Below are positions 41,901-56,152 of a stretch of DNA of 64,000 nucleotides, in pieces. Source of the DNA: Octopus bimaculoides (lineage: Eukaryota); contig NC_068984.1 in the NCBI RefSeq assembly GCF_001194135.2, positions 45,419,128 through 45,483,127 on the forward strand. The letters are read 5' to 3'. Both the position numbers and the translations under genes were made by a program. Within the stretch, counting starts at the first letter, position 1; each line of letters opens with the position of its first letter. Under the pieces are notes generated by a model. That model had not been told where the DNA came from. It saw nothing but the letters and a program-made list of their open reading frames with translations, and did no database searches.

Positions 41901-44900
41901 TTACCCCTTACTCCTAGGCTGTCTTTAGTAAAATTCACTCTGTTTCTATCTTTTGAACCCATGCAGTGCCATGTAAAAGCACTCGTGTGGTACCACGTAA
42001 AAGCACCCAGCACACTCTGTAAAGTGGTTCGCATCAGGAAGGGCATCCAGCCATAGAAACCAGGCCAAATCAGACTGGAGTCTGGGGCAGCTCCCCAGCT
42101 TGCCAGCTCTGGTCACACCATCCAACCCATGCCAGCATGGACAACGGATGCTAAATGATGATGATGAAGAACCAGAAACCCCACTTCCTTCCCTGCCCAC
42201 AATTGACCCAGCAAAAGTTCATGCTGAAAGCAAATGGCATGGGCACTGCTCTTTTTTCCATGAAAAATTTACAAAAATTATACAGAAAACCATGACTAAA
42301 TTCCAAGGAAAAATTACTTTTCTTAATTTCATTGTTTTACCCAAATAATATACACATGAAACTTGATTAGTAATATAAGCGATTAGTATACTGTCACAGG
42401 TGGTGTCATGGATGAAAAACAAAAACAAAAAAAAACTTATCTGGCACTGGCCCAGTCCACCAAGCTATAAATGTGTACCACAAGATGGTATAGTTTACAT
42501 TGTAAGCAGTAGAAGTACTGTAAAATTGGCCAATGTTCTATTGGTCAACATTATTAAGTCCAAATCTATGAGTGAGAAAGTTATCTGCAGTAGACTAGTA
42601 TTCAATCCCAGAAAAGATTTATCTTCCTTTTGCTTAATGCTATATAGCCCTAGACTGAAAGTTGATTCAGTGGATCACTGATATTTATGAAAAGATTTAC
42701 ATTTTCCACAGTTATCCAAAAAGTGACATTATTTAACCCTTTAACATTTAAATCAGCCATATTTGGCCAAAATATTCTTCTGGTTTTATGTTCAAACTGG
42801 TGAGACTTGGCTTCTCACAGCAGCCCTACAATATCATTCTACAACTTGCCTCGTCAAAATCTCAAAGCTACATGAAAATGCATGATTAATTCAAAACAAT
42901 CATTGTTTAATCGTTTAACATCCGCTTTCTATGCTAGCATGGGTTGGACGATTTGACTGAGGACTGGTGAAACCGGATGGCAACACCAGGCTCCAATCTG
43001 ATTTGGCAAAGTTTCTACAGCTGGATGCCCTTCCTAACGCCAACCACTCAGAGAGTGTAGTGGGTGCTTTTACGTGTCACCTGCACAAAGGCCAGTCAGG
43101 TGGTACTGGCAATTAATTCAAAACAATGTGAATAAATAAACATTACTTTCAAAAAATAATGTGAACGCTAAAGGGTTAACCCCAGGTTATCTCTGATCAA
43201 GTAGACATGTGGCAAAAAAACAATCCAGTAGTGACTAACATATTTTTAAACATATCATCCATGGTAAATTATCAAATTTATTTTTCCTTGTTTTAAGACA
43301 GCATGATATGATTTAAGATAATTTAGTTAGTTTCTAGCAGGTCAAGGGTACAAACATATAAATGTAGTTGATGGTAACTATATATAGAGAGAGATACAAC
43401 CAGTGAGTGGTATGAAGTAGAATTGAAACAACATACGTATTAACTGAGATACTGTTTATTTTTTATCATCTAATTTATACCAGCAACACAGAGAAACAAC
43501 GATGATATCAATGTCAATAATAGTACTGGTGATATGATAATGATAGCAGTGGTTGTGATGGTCATGGGATAATGATACTGGTGGTGGGCTAAGGTGTTGG
43601 TAGTGTAGTAAATAGATTGGAGTGCAATGTGATGAAAGGTGATGATGAAGTAATGGAAGTGATGGAGGTGATGATGATGATAATAGTGGCAGTGTGGTAA
43701 TGTAATGATGGGGAAGTTGTGATGGTGGTGGTGGCATGATGATGGTAGTGGTAGTGTGATGATGATGTTGGTGATAAAATGAGGATAATGAAGATGATGT
43801 AACAATGTGATTGTGAGAAACAAATATAAAATTGATGTCAATGACAGTGTTTGTGATGATGACAGCGATGGTGATATGGCATAGTCATAATGGTGATGAT
43901 GACTATGATGAACATCATCATCATCATCGCTTAACGTCTGCTTTCTATGCTAGTATGGGTTGGACGATTTGACTGAGGACTGGCGGACCAGATGGCTGCA
44001 CTAGGCTCCAATTTGATCTGGCAGAGTTTCTACAGCTGGATGCCCTACCTAATGCCAACCATTCCAAGAGTGTAGTGGGTGCTTTTACATGCCACTGGCA
44101 TGAGGGCCAGTCAGGCGGTACTGGCAACGGCCACGCTCAAATGGTATTTTTTATGTGCCACCTGCACAGGAGCCAGTCCAGCAGCACTGGCAATGACCTC
44201 GCAAGAATGTTTTTTCATGTGCCACCGGCACAAATGCCAGTAAGGCGACGCTGGTAACAATCACGCTCAAATGGTGCTATTTACGTGCCACTGGTACGGA
44301 AGCCAGACAGCTGCTCTGGCAATGATCATGACAATATGGTGATGAGGATGAAAACATGTGGTGATGAGGGGACAATGACAGAGATGGGATCAAGATATGA
44401 TGATGATGATAATACAACTACAATGACAACAGTACAAAAACAACCTGCCTGTATTTGACTGTAACAAGTTAGCCATGGTGTCCACAAAATCAATGCACAG
44501 TTCAGGAAACTTGCTGCACATTTTCACTGCACATTTTAAACTCAACTGTAGATATATGAAGTTTTTTTTTTTTAAAGATGGAAAAAAATAAAAATAAATA
44601 AATAACTTTAAAAAAATTGAAAGTGGGATAAATCATGTGGAAAAGAGTTAAACTAATATCACAAATTACATAAGGCAGCTTACTATATCATATTGTGGTA
44701 TACTACATGACAGTAACATATACTAATACATACACTATATTTGAACCCCTACCAATGTGTAGAGTATGGCAAGGCATAAGTATTACACTATATTGTAGTA
44801 TAATATACCAAATGGTACAATCTTTACTAAAAGATATAGGCAGAACAAGACTGAAATGCTATGTTACATTGCAGTAAGGCATATAAAAGAGTAAATTATA

Positions 44901-47900
44901 TTGAAGCAAGATTAACTAAAGGGTAGACTACATTGAAACAAGACACATTAATATATATTGTACACTGTTAAAATGCATGTTAATGGATTACTGAATTATA
45001 ACAAGGCATACTAATGGGTATTACTATACAGGGTGTCCACAAAGTCTGGGTACATGTGGATTAACACATACTTTAAGAAATTATTATTTCTTATATTTAA
45101 TTGTTTATGTTATGGTTTTATTTACTCCATGTACCCACATGGGGATTAACACATACTTTGAGAAATTATTATTTCTTATATTTAAATGTTTATGTCATGA
45201 TTGTATTTACTCCGTGTACCCAGACTTTGTGGACACCCTGTACTGTAATTAAAAGTGCATATGTTTACACACTAGTGTAACAAGATATAATAACAGCTAC
45301 ACTCTGCTCAAACTAGAGATACATATGGATAAATAGTAACAAGATATACTAATTAGTAAACTACACTACAGATAGACATACTAATTGGTACACTACACTA
45401 CACCAAAACATACAAATGGTATGCTATTTTGTAACAAGGGTAAAGAGCCCGTTTGGTCATGAATGACCATGGGATTGCACCTACAAAGTTACCCTCTGAG
45501 GCACAAGTCTGGGCAAGGTTGGTTATGAAAGATCAGCAGTTGCCTGCGCATACTAGCCACCCCTCTCCATGCACTGAGGATATCCAAGGGAAAAGCTTGG
45601 CACCAGTGACGTTGTAACTCATTGCTACAGCTGAGTGAACTAGCACAATGTGAAATAAAAAGCCTAGTCTAGGAATCAAACTCACTACATCATGATTGTG
45701 AGTCCAACACTCTAATCACTGAGTCATATATTTGTATGTGTCTTATAGTATGTACTGGGTACATTTTATGAGGAGTACATTTCTGTATGTTACATAATAA
45801 TTAGACATAACATTAAAGAGGGCAGCACTTTGACAAAGACATTCTACACATGTTGAGATCCACACAACAGCAACAATTAAAAAAATCCTTTAACTATTAA
45901 GTGAAACCTACCTTGAGAGCCACCTGAGATTGTTGGGAAGAGTTCATACTGGATAATAAAATAAGAGTCTGAGCAGCAGCTTTTACATCATCCCTTAGAT
46001 CCATATTATTTTGCTCTTCTGCGAACATGTAAAAAAAAAAAAAAAAAAATCAAATCCCTTTATTTCTTTAACCATTCCCTTCTAATTGTTTCCCCACCCC
46101 CATCCCTATCTCACTGTCTCCTCTTGGTTTAACTAATTTTCGTTTCTTAACCCACAAATACACCCATCTATGTATGGAACTTGGTAATCGCTTTCCCCAT
46201 TATTTCTGTTATACAATAGTACTTTTACAAATACTTAGTTGAAAAGCAATTTATGATTATTTAGGTTTTCAAATACTAAGCCTTTATGCAGTTACTCAAC
46301 CATCTAAAAATAACAGCCAAATATTACTCAGGATGTGTAGCTCAGAGATTAGAGAGTCTTGCCATGCTGGTCCACTACTTTTCCACATCGAGAGACCACA
46401 TGTGGTTAGAATGTTTCCAAAAAGAATCACAAAACAAAAGCCAAGCCAACTAGCAGGAGACCCAGTGTTGCACTATCTCTCTTTGTGGAATGTTATGATA
46501 TTCATGTTCACTACAGATGGATAGTGAAAAAGATCTGCAAAGTGTTCTCTCCATTTATTCATTATTCCAGGAGGATCTTTAATAACCTCATCTCCATCTT
46601 TTGACTTCAAGGGAACATATGATGATGAAGATTGCAGTCCAAAAGCTTTCCGCAATAAAACTATAGAAACTTTTAATGTCTTCCCTGTCATAGGCTGCCT
46701 GTACTTCCTTAGACAAATTTCTCTGCCAAGTGTCTTTAAGCCTCCTGAGTTCTTTACACATGTCTGCTTTCTTAGACTTGTACAACTTTTCTAGTTGCAC
46801 TTTGTCCCTAATGTTTGGATCAAGAAGCTTTTCATGAGTGGGCCTCTTTGTTGCTAAAAGCTCATTTATCACTATATCATTGGAATCAAACCAATCTCGG
46901 AGTTGTCTTCTCTTAAAGCCTAACACCTCTGATCCCATTTTATATATTCCATCACGGAAAGATTGCCATGAACCTTCAAAATGAACATTGCTGCCTCTCT
47001 TCTGAAACAACTGCAAAACTTGTGGTTGTTTTAGCTGCTCTACATCAAATTTCTTTGATACTCATACACCTGCAATACGAATCTTCTTACGGAACTTGAA
47101 CTTGGCCCTAACCATTTTGTGACCAGTATCACAATCAGCACCTCGCAATACTCTAAGACTGCACAAATTTTGTAAGTCAGCTTTCTGAGTTAATACAATA
47201 TCATGTAAGACAATATCTGGACTTAAAAGACATATTCTAGTTCACAAAAACATTCCTTCAGAATCAGATTCCGAATGGCAAAGATATAGAAGATACTTGA
47301 ATAATATCTGTCACTTGCATTTTAAACCCTGTCAGTCAGCAGCTGCTCTTAAAAGTTATCTAATGGCTCATCAACAGAGTGATTGTACTGTGTGATGGGG
47401 TGTGGTGTGTGAGTTGATGGGACGGCTATCATCTCTCAAGATGAAGCAATCATCATGTGTGTGTGTGTGTGCGTGTATTTGTGTACTCCTGTCTTGGTAT
47501 CATGTGACGGTTGTAAATGAGCATCACCATCACACAAGTGATGTTCGTTTCCAGTCTTCTCTGAATGACTATCTCTGGCCACAGGGAACTATTACCTTGC
47601 TTGGAAACAAATGAGGAGCGGTGACATGACGTACATCCATCCATAGAAAATCTACCTCAACAAAATTCTGTCTGACTCATACAAGCAAGCATGGAAAAAG
47701 TCAATGTTAAATGATGAGAATGACATATAAAAAATTAGAAGAAAAAAAACTTACTTGAGCCTGAGTGAGTAGCAAGATGTGTCATCAGTTGCACAGTTTT
47801 AGCAGCCACAGAAACATTTTCATGGTAGCTATATTCCTGACAAACTTTCAACAGAGCAGAGTCTACAAGACAATGATAACAATAAGTCAGTTAATCTCAG

Positions 47901-50900
47901 ACAAGTAGCATACTTAAACAGAAAATGAATTTTGTTTATAATTACACACATTCCATATCATCTCAAGAAAACAACATTATTGAAACAAAATGATAGTATG
48001 GGAAATGTGGCCGATGCCTGTGCCAGTAGCACATAAAAAGCACCTTTCAAGCATTGGATCTCACAGAGGCAATGACTAATGACCAAGACCTTTGGCAATA
48101 TGCTATGCTGGAGAAGACCCATCAAGCCAAGTGAAATCGTAGTCATAGCAGATACTGGTGCTACACAACTGGCACCTATGCTGATGGCATGTAAAAGCAC
48201 CCGTTGCACTCTGTGAGTGGTTGGCATTAGGAAGGGCATCCAGCTGTAGAAACCATGCCAGCATGGACAACAGATGTTACATGATGATGACGATGATACC
48301 ATAAGAGCAGTTTATAAATTATCACATAATGTTACATCTGTTTGAATCGTTATGACATTCAATACAATACTCCTTATAATTCAAGCAATAATGACATCTG
48401 TAAGCATCAATATTTGTCTTCAAAAAACATAACCATTTCTCAATGGATGTTTTCCAAAACATGCACACAAATCCAAAATCATCCAGCAAGAATGCATGAA
48501 AAACAAAATATTAAATCAAGGATCCACCTGAGGTAAAGCAGAGATGACTCAAGAAAAGAGATAACAAAAGACCGATATTTGTAATAAAGAGGTAAACTTT
48601 CTCTCCCTTTGTCTGTTCCACACTAATTTTTTTTTTCTATCTCATACACGAACACACACTTCCTCATTCAACCTTCTTAGATGACAATGTACAGACAGAA
48701 CACACTGGATCACTGTAGTTACCAAATTTCATTTAAAAAACATATCCTTGAGAACTTAGTATGCAGTTTCGAATACTTTAGAAAATAGAACATAATTTAT
48801 TTTTCATTTATGAAATATTTGGTTATTATGTTTTCTGAATAGGACTTCATTTTAATATGTGTGAAGGCAGCAACCTGGCAAAATTGTTAGCACACCAGAT
48901 AAAATGCTTTGCAGCTTTTCATTCCGAGTTCAAATTCCGCTGAGGTTGACTTTACTTTCCATCCTTTTGGGATCAATAAAATAAATACCAGCTCAGCACT
49001 GGGGTAGATGTCATTGGCATGAACCCTCCCTGAAATTGCTAGCCTTGTGCCAAAATTTGAAATCAATATTTATAATGTGTGAAAAAACAAAACAATATAT
49101 AGAGAGAGCAAACAGAATTACCTATCAGAAAAATTCATGGAGTGATTAACAACTAATTGTAGGCACAGATGTTGGATACTGATTGTTGTGGTAAACCATC
49201 AATTGGAACTCAACTGAGAGCTAATATGGTATCTGCTCGGATAATATATCCCTCTAAACTTACTTTTATATATATATATATATTGCACAAGAAGAGAGAG
49301 TATGTCAACTTATAACATTCAAAGGCAGGTTTATTATTTGGCTGGCTTTCTTTTGCCCCTACCTAACGAAGGGCCAAATTTCAGCTCCCAGGCCAGGCCA
49401 AGTACCAGTGTTTACATTCATATCTGATACCATTTACACAATACATCATCACACTAAACAACACAACACTATAACAGTAACCAAGGGCATAAGAACAGAA
49501 CATCGTTTCTTACCTTTAAGAGTGAAAGGAAGCAGGTCCATACTGATTGAAGATGACAGTTCTGTCAACACGTATAATACACCTTCCTTCAAAGTAACAA
49601 ATGGCGTTTTCAAGACAAATCGACACAAAACCTAAAAAGATTATATAATTATGATTTGATAAAGCATGAAGTTTTTGAATCTCTCCTCACTCCACCTTGC
49701 CACACTTTACTACTAAGTCAATATGACATGAACATGAACACTTGAAATTTTATTTTATCTACTGAGGCGATGTCTTTTACTTGCTTCAGTCATTGGAGTG
49801 TGGCCATGCTGGGGCATTGCCTTGAAGGGATTAGTCAAACAAATCAACTCCAGCACTTGTGTTTTTTTTAAACCTAGTACTTATTCTATCAGTCTCTTTT
49901 TGCCAAACGTAAAAGACTTTCTCACCTTCCCGAGCATCAAAGTAATACACCTACTTGTTGTTTATACACCTGTCTTCGTCTTTTGTTTTTCTGTAAATTT
50001 CAACTATATATACACTTTTACTCGTTTCAGTCATTTTGACTGCGGCCATGCTGGAGCACCGCCTTCAGTCGAGCAAATCGACCCCTGGGACTTATTCTTT
50101 GTAAGCCTAGTACTTATTCTATCGGTCACTTTTGCCGAGCCACTAAGTTACGGGGGACGTGAACACAAGAGCATCAGTTGTCAAGCGATGCTGGGGGGAC
50201 AAACACACACACATATATATATACATATACGACGGGCTTCTTTCAGTTTCCGTCTACCAAATCCACTCACAAGGCTTTGGTCAGCCTGAGGCTGTAGTAG
50301 AAGACACTTGCCCAAGGTGCCACGCAGTGGGACTGAACCCGGAACCATGTGGTTGGTAAGCAAGCTACTTACCACAGCCACTCCTGCGCCTATATGGTGA
50401 AATCACACACAGACATACACGTGTGTGTTTAACTATGCAAAATTTGAGAATATTTTTGTTTTGACAAGACACAACAATTCTGCAGGGAGTATAGTTGAAT
50501 CAACTGAAAAATATTGCTGGTACTTATTTTATAGACTCTAGACAAATGATATCTAACTCCTCCTCTTTATCAGCTAACGTCTGTGTTCCATGCTGGCATG
50601 GGTTGAATGGTTTGACAGGAGCTGGCAAGCCAGAAAACTCTACCAAGCTCCACCTTCTGTTTTAGCATGGTTTTTATAGCTGGACGTCCTTCCCTAATGC
50701 CAACCACTTTATAGAGTGAACTGGATGCATGTTTTATGTGGCCCCAGCACTGGTTGCATGACATCAGTACCCACTCTGTGAGTTTTAAGCTCAAAGTAGT
50801 AAAGAAGAGTCAATGAGTTAGATAGTTTAACCTTTTAGCATTCAGATAACTCTGTCACATGTGATGCTTATTAATTCACATTGTCTTGAATTAATCATGC

Positions 50901-53900
50901 ACTATCTTGTAGCTTTAGGATTTCAATGACGTGATTGTATGTCTTTTGAATGACGTAGGATCTGGTCATTCAGAATATAAAACAGGTAGAATATTTGGGC
51001 CAGATATGATCAGTTTAAATGCTGAAGGGTTAAATCATCTTAAACCACTGCACTCATTCTGGCTATTTCATCTGCCCTACTGAGAAAATTTACCTACAAT
51101 TATTTAAGGAATAAAAGAAGTTTGGCTCTTATGTCGGAGTTTAACTGATATCATTATTACAAATGTCAGCTAAATTATTAGTTCAATACAGAAAGAAACA
51201 ATTATTCAAACCACAGAACGTTTCAGAACTTCTGTAGAAGAACATAACTTTTTATTATCCATTTTCTATGGTTTCCAAATTTATACATTTTCATAATGCT
51301 GGAGTAATTGGTTTTAGAGTTGCATGCCTATCCTAATACTAACCTTTCAACAGGTAAAGAATAGTGAAATCTGATGCTGATCAAGTAAACTGAGGCAAAT
51401 AAAGTTTTCTTTTCAATATTTTGCATAAAGGTATAGCACATCATCATCGTTTAACGTCCGCTTTCCATGCTGGCATGGGTTGGACTATCACAATGGTTGT
51501 AATCATATTTGAACTTATAACCTTGTGGTTAGCTCGTATCAGGACAATTACCCGCCTAGGACAATTCCCACGGATGACAACTACCCCCTAGGACAATTAC
51601 CCACCTCTTCAATATATTAAGAAATTTTAAATCATCATGTTGTTCTTAGGGGGTTATTGTCCATGAAGGAGAGAGTAAATGTCTTAGACTCGGTGAGCTA
51701 TCCAGCACTTTAACTTTAGCATAACGAGCACTGTCATTGTTATTATGGAATATGCAGAAAAAAACCATGTTGTCAGCCAATTTAAAGATATGAAATCAAA
51801 AAATTTTTAACCCGCACTATCTGTGTGTCTGAAATAATTTTGAAAGTAATCAAAAACTTGAAATGGTTCACTCAAATACTTAACTTAAATATTTAACTCT
51901 TTATTAATCTAGCATTTAAAAAACAGGTTCTTAAAACAGTTTTTCAAAAGAGTCTTATATAAATTTATGGCTGAAAGTTTTAATTAAGATCATCATCATC
52001 ATCATCATCGTTTAACGTCTGCTTTCCATGCTAGCATGGGTTGGATGATTTGACTGAGGACTGGCAAGCCAGAAGGCTGCACCAGGCTCCAATCTGATCT
52101 GGCAGAGTTTCTACAGCTGGATGCCCTTCCTAATGCTAACCACTCCGAGAGTGTAGTGGGTGCTTTTATGTGCCACTGGCACAAGGGCCAGTCACACGGT
52201 ACTGGCAACGGCCACGCTCAAAACGGTGTTTTTTACGTGCCACCTGCACAGGAGCCAGTCCAGCGGCACTGGCAACGACATCGCTCGAATGATTTTCTAA
52301 TGTGCCACCAGCACAAGTGCTAGAAGGCAACGCTGGTAATGATTACGCTCAAATGTTGCTATTTACAGGCCACTAGCACAGAAGCCAGACAGCTGCTCTG
52401 GCAATGAACACGCTCGGACAGTGCTATAAACACTTTAAAATAGTTGATTTTTGTATCAAAGAACTAGAAGTGGTATCAGACAGGCTGGTATCAAAAGCAT
52501 TAAATGAACAAATGAAACATATCAAAATATAAATACCTCAACATTTTCAGCTATCCACAAATGTGGAGTCTTACGAGCCAACATCTGCAGATCTTTCAAC
52601 ACCATGATTTTCACTGTCTTACGGGGGTCGTTTTCCAGATAGTTTAATAATAAAGAGATTTGCTGTGTAATGTCTAGTAAAGCATGTATAGCCAATTTGG
52701 ACATAGTGTGGAGGGTGAGCATTACAAATCTTTTAGCGGGATAGCTTTTTAACAACAGAAGGCAGACTGTTCGTGCCTATAAACAAATAAAAAAACAAAG
52801 AGAAATATATTAAGAAAGCAGATCAAACACATAAAAAAAAAATTTAATTATCACTAATACAACAAGTTGTCATCATCATCGTTTAATGTCCGCTTTTCAT
52901 GCTAGCATGGGTTGGACGATTTGACTGAGGAATGGTGGACCAGGAGGCGACACCAGTCCTCAGTCAAATCGTCCAACCCGTGCTAGCATGGAAAGCGGAT
53001 GTTAAACGACGATGATGACAACAAAATATATAAACAAAAAAAAAAAAGAAAACAAAGAGCATTTTACTGGAAGAAATAGCAACAAAATTTTCCTCAAACC
53101 ATGCCCTAGCATTTAAAAAAAAGGAAGGACATATTAGATGGAGTAGTCAATGTCTGTGACAAAGAAAGAGATAATCACAGTCAAAATGCTTGCAATCATA
53201 GGTCTCTTCAACCAGAATTAAACAACAACATCTGCTGCTACTCCAATAACAACACTGTTATTCAATAAAATGTTTTCCCATGTTGACATTAAACTGAACA
53301 TTTCGTAAGTTGTAAAACTGAATCCCTTACCAACAGTAAATCTGTTGGATGGGGATAATGTGTATTACTGTCAGATCTAAGGATGAAGCCAATGACTTTT
53401 ATAAATTATATATCAATTAGTTCTAGAATAGAGTTAATAATAGTTTTGGATTTAGAGAAAAAGCCAACAATTTTAAAGTGTAGGAAAAGAGTTAGTCATT
53501 TAAATCAACCTTAGTACTTCATTGGTACTTTATTTTATCAACTCAGAAGGGATGAAAAGCAATGTTGACCTAAGTAGGATTTGATCTAAGAATGTAAACT
53601 GTCTCAACAAATACTGCACAGCATTTTTTCAATGCTCTAACAATTTGGTCAGCTCTCCCTCCTTAGAAGTAGAAATAATAATCCTTTTTTTTTTTCTATA
53701 GGCACAAGGCTTGACATTTTTTAGTGGCGGGAGGTGGGGGCGCTAGTTGATGACATTAACCCCAGTGCTCAACTAGCACTTATTTTCTCAATCTTGAAAG
53801 GAGGAAAGGAAAAGTCAACCTTGGAACATAGAGACAGATGAAATGTTGGAAATAATACATTTCTAAATCTCTCAGAGAAATTTAAGCAGTAGTGATACGA

Positions 53901-56120
53901 TGAAGTAGTTGTATACAGTCAACTTAATGAGACAGTCCCCTGAAGGAAATAATACTACTGTTGGTTAGACCTAGGAAGCTGCACCACATCCTGTCGGCCT
54001 TGACACATTTCCTGTGTTCTTATGATTACAACAGAGAGAGACATACGGACACAGGAAATGTGTCAAGGCCGACAGGATGCGGTGCAGCTTCCTAGGTCTA
54101 ACCCAGGGGTTTTCAAACTTTTTGACTTGCGGACCCCTTTATATTTCAGGCTTTACCTTAGGGACCCCCTTATAAACGCTTATGAAATTTATACATAAAT
54201 ATTTGCTTAAAATAACATATATTTTTACATTTATTTATTTAACAGTATTTAACAAATAGGTTTATTGTCAATTAAAAGATTTCGATTAAAAAACATATAT
54301 AAAATCAAATTGCCCATAAAAAGTATTTGCTGTCTACGGACCCCCTGTGGTCCACAGACCACAATTTGAAAACCCCTGGTCTAACCAACAGTAGTATTAT
54401 TTCCTTCAAGGGACTGTCACATTAAGTTGACAGCATACAACTACTTCAGATGAAATGCTGTTTAGCATTTTGTCCAGTGTGCCAATGATTCTGCCAACTC
54501 ACCACCTTAAGTAGAGCCAATAATAAACAGCATAATGGTTAAGAGGAGAATAAAGCAAGTTATGGTTGTTGTTTAGTTCTAGTTTGGTCTTCACAGAACA
54601 AATCTGTAATCAAAGGTAATCTAGCTCTACCATTTTGTCTTTTTTTGTTTTATCCTTTCCAGACCATGCATCTAGGAGAGCATTATTCAATCTCTTCTTC
54701 CATTTTTTAAAGATACCCAAGCATGACTATGATTTGAGAGAGATTTGGCAACTATTTCAAGCAGGTAAGTAACTACCAAATAACACAATTAGCTTTCAGT
54801 AGGCTGCAGCTTACCTTAGCAGCAGTTTCAGCATCGTGGTGCATATGCTGCAAAATTGGTATCAGTTGTAGTTTTAGTTCCATAGGGGTTTCAACTTTTT
54901 CAATCATCTGTGCAATGCGATCACAGATACTTGCTGAAAACAATCTGCAAGAAAGATGTCCACATTTTAAAATTAATATTTAGTAGCTTTGTGGGTAAGG
55001 TGTTTGATTACAGACAAGATCATGAAATTCATTTCTACAGTACACATTCATCCTTTTTAATCTACTTGAAAATAAGTGTTATTCCTATAGAGGAGTTAAC
55101 CACAGTGGAATATCTAATTATCAAAATACATTGCTAAAGCAAATAAGTCTCTGTAATTGCTACAACTATATCAAACATACTGGCATGAAAATAAAGTAAA
55201 TGGAATAAAACACTGAGTTATGTACATTAGAAATGGAGCCTATTGATTAGCCAAACAGACTGAGCTGAAGTGAGCAAAGTGTTTTATGTAAGCATCAAAA
55301 TAAAATGCGTGGCATGAAATTGAGTTTTTGACAATATGAATAGTCATTAAGTACCCACAACCACTATCCATCACTTAGAATGAATTCTTTTATCAACCTG
55401 GTTGAAGCCCATCTCTCAGAAATCTATACTCATGAGATGACATGACCTCAGTGCTACAAGTGAACAACACTCAACAATTTTCTAGTGCTACTTCTGTTTG
55501 CAACAATGACCTCAATGTTTACNNNNNNNNNNNNNNNNNNNNNNNNNNNNNNNNNNNNNNNNNNNNNNNNNNNNNNNNNNNNNNNNNNNNNNNNNNNNNN
55601 NNNNNNNNNNNNNNNNNNNNNNNNNNNNNNNNNNNNNNNNNNNNNNNNNNNNNNNNNNNNNNNNNNNNNNNNNNNNNNNNNNNNNNNNNNNNNNNNNNNN
55701 NNNNNNNNNNNNNNNNNNNNNNNNNNNNNNNNNNNNNNNNNNNNNNNNNNNNNNNNNNNNNNNNNNNNNNNNNNNNNNNNNNNNNNNNNNNNNNNNNNNN
55801 NNNNNNNNNNNNNNNNNNNNNNNNNNNNNNNNNNNNNNNNNNNNNNNNNNNNNNNNNNNNNNNNNNNNNNNNNNNNNNNNNNNNNNNNNNNNNNNNNNNN
55901 NNNNNNNNNNNNNNNNNNNNNNNNNNNNNNNNNNNNNNNNNNNNNNNNNNNNNNNNNNNNNNNNNNNNNNNNNNNNNNNNNNNNNNNNNNNNNNNNNNNN
56001 NNNNNNNNNNNNNNNNNNNNGCATCTTGGGCAAGTGTCTTCTACTATTGCCTCAGGCCGACCAAAGCCTTGTGAGTGGATTTGGTAGACGGAAACTGAAA
56101 GAAGCCCGTCGTATATATGC

Positions 56121-56152
<32 letters not shown>

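Noticed and set aside
43456-43841. His/Pro-rich ORFs
   Set aside because: Translations of GAT/GGT low-complexity DNA.
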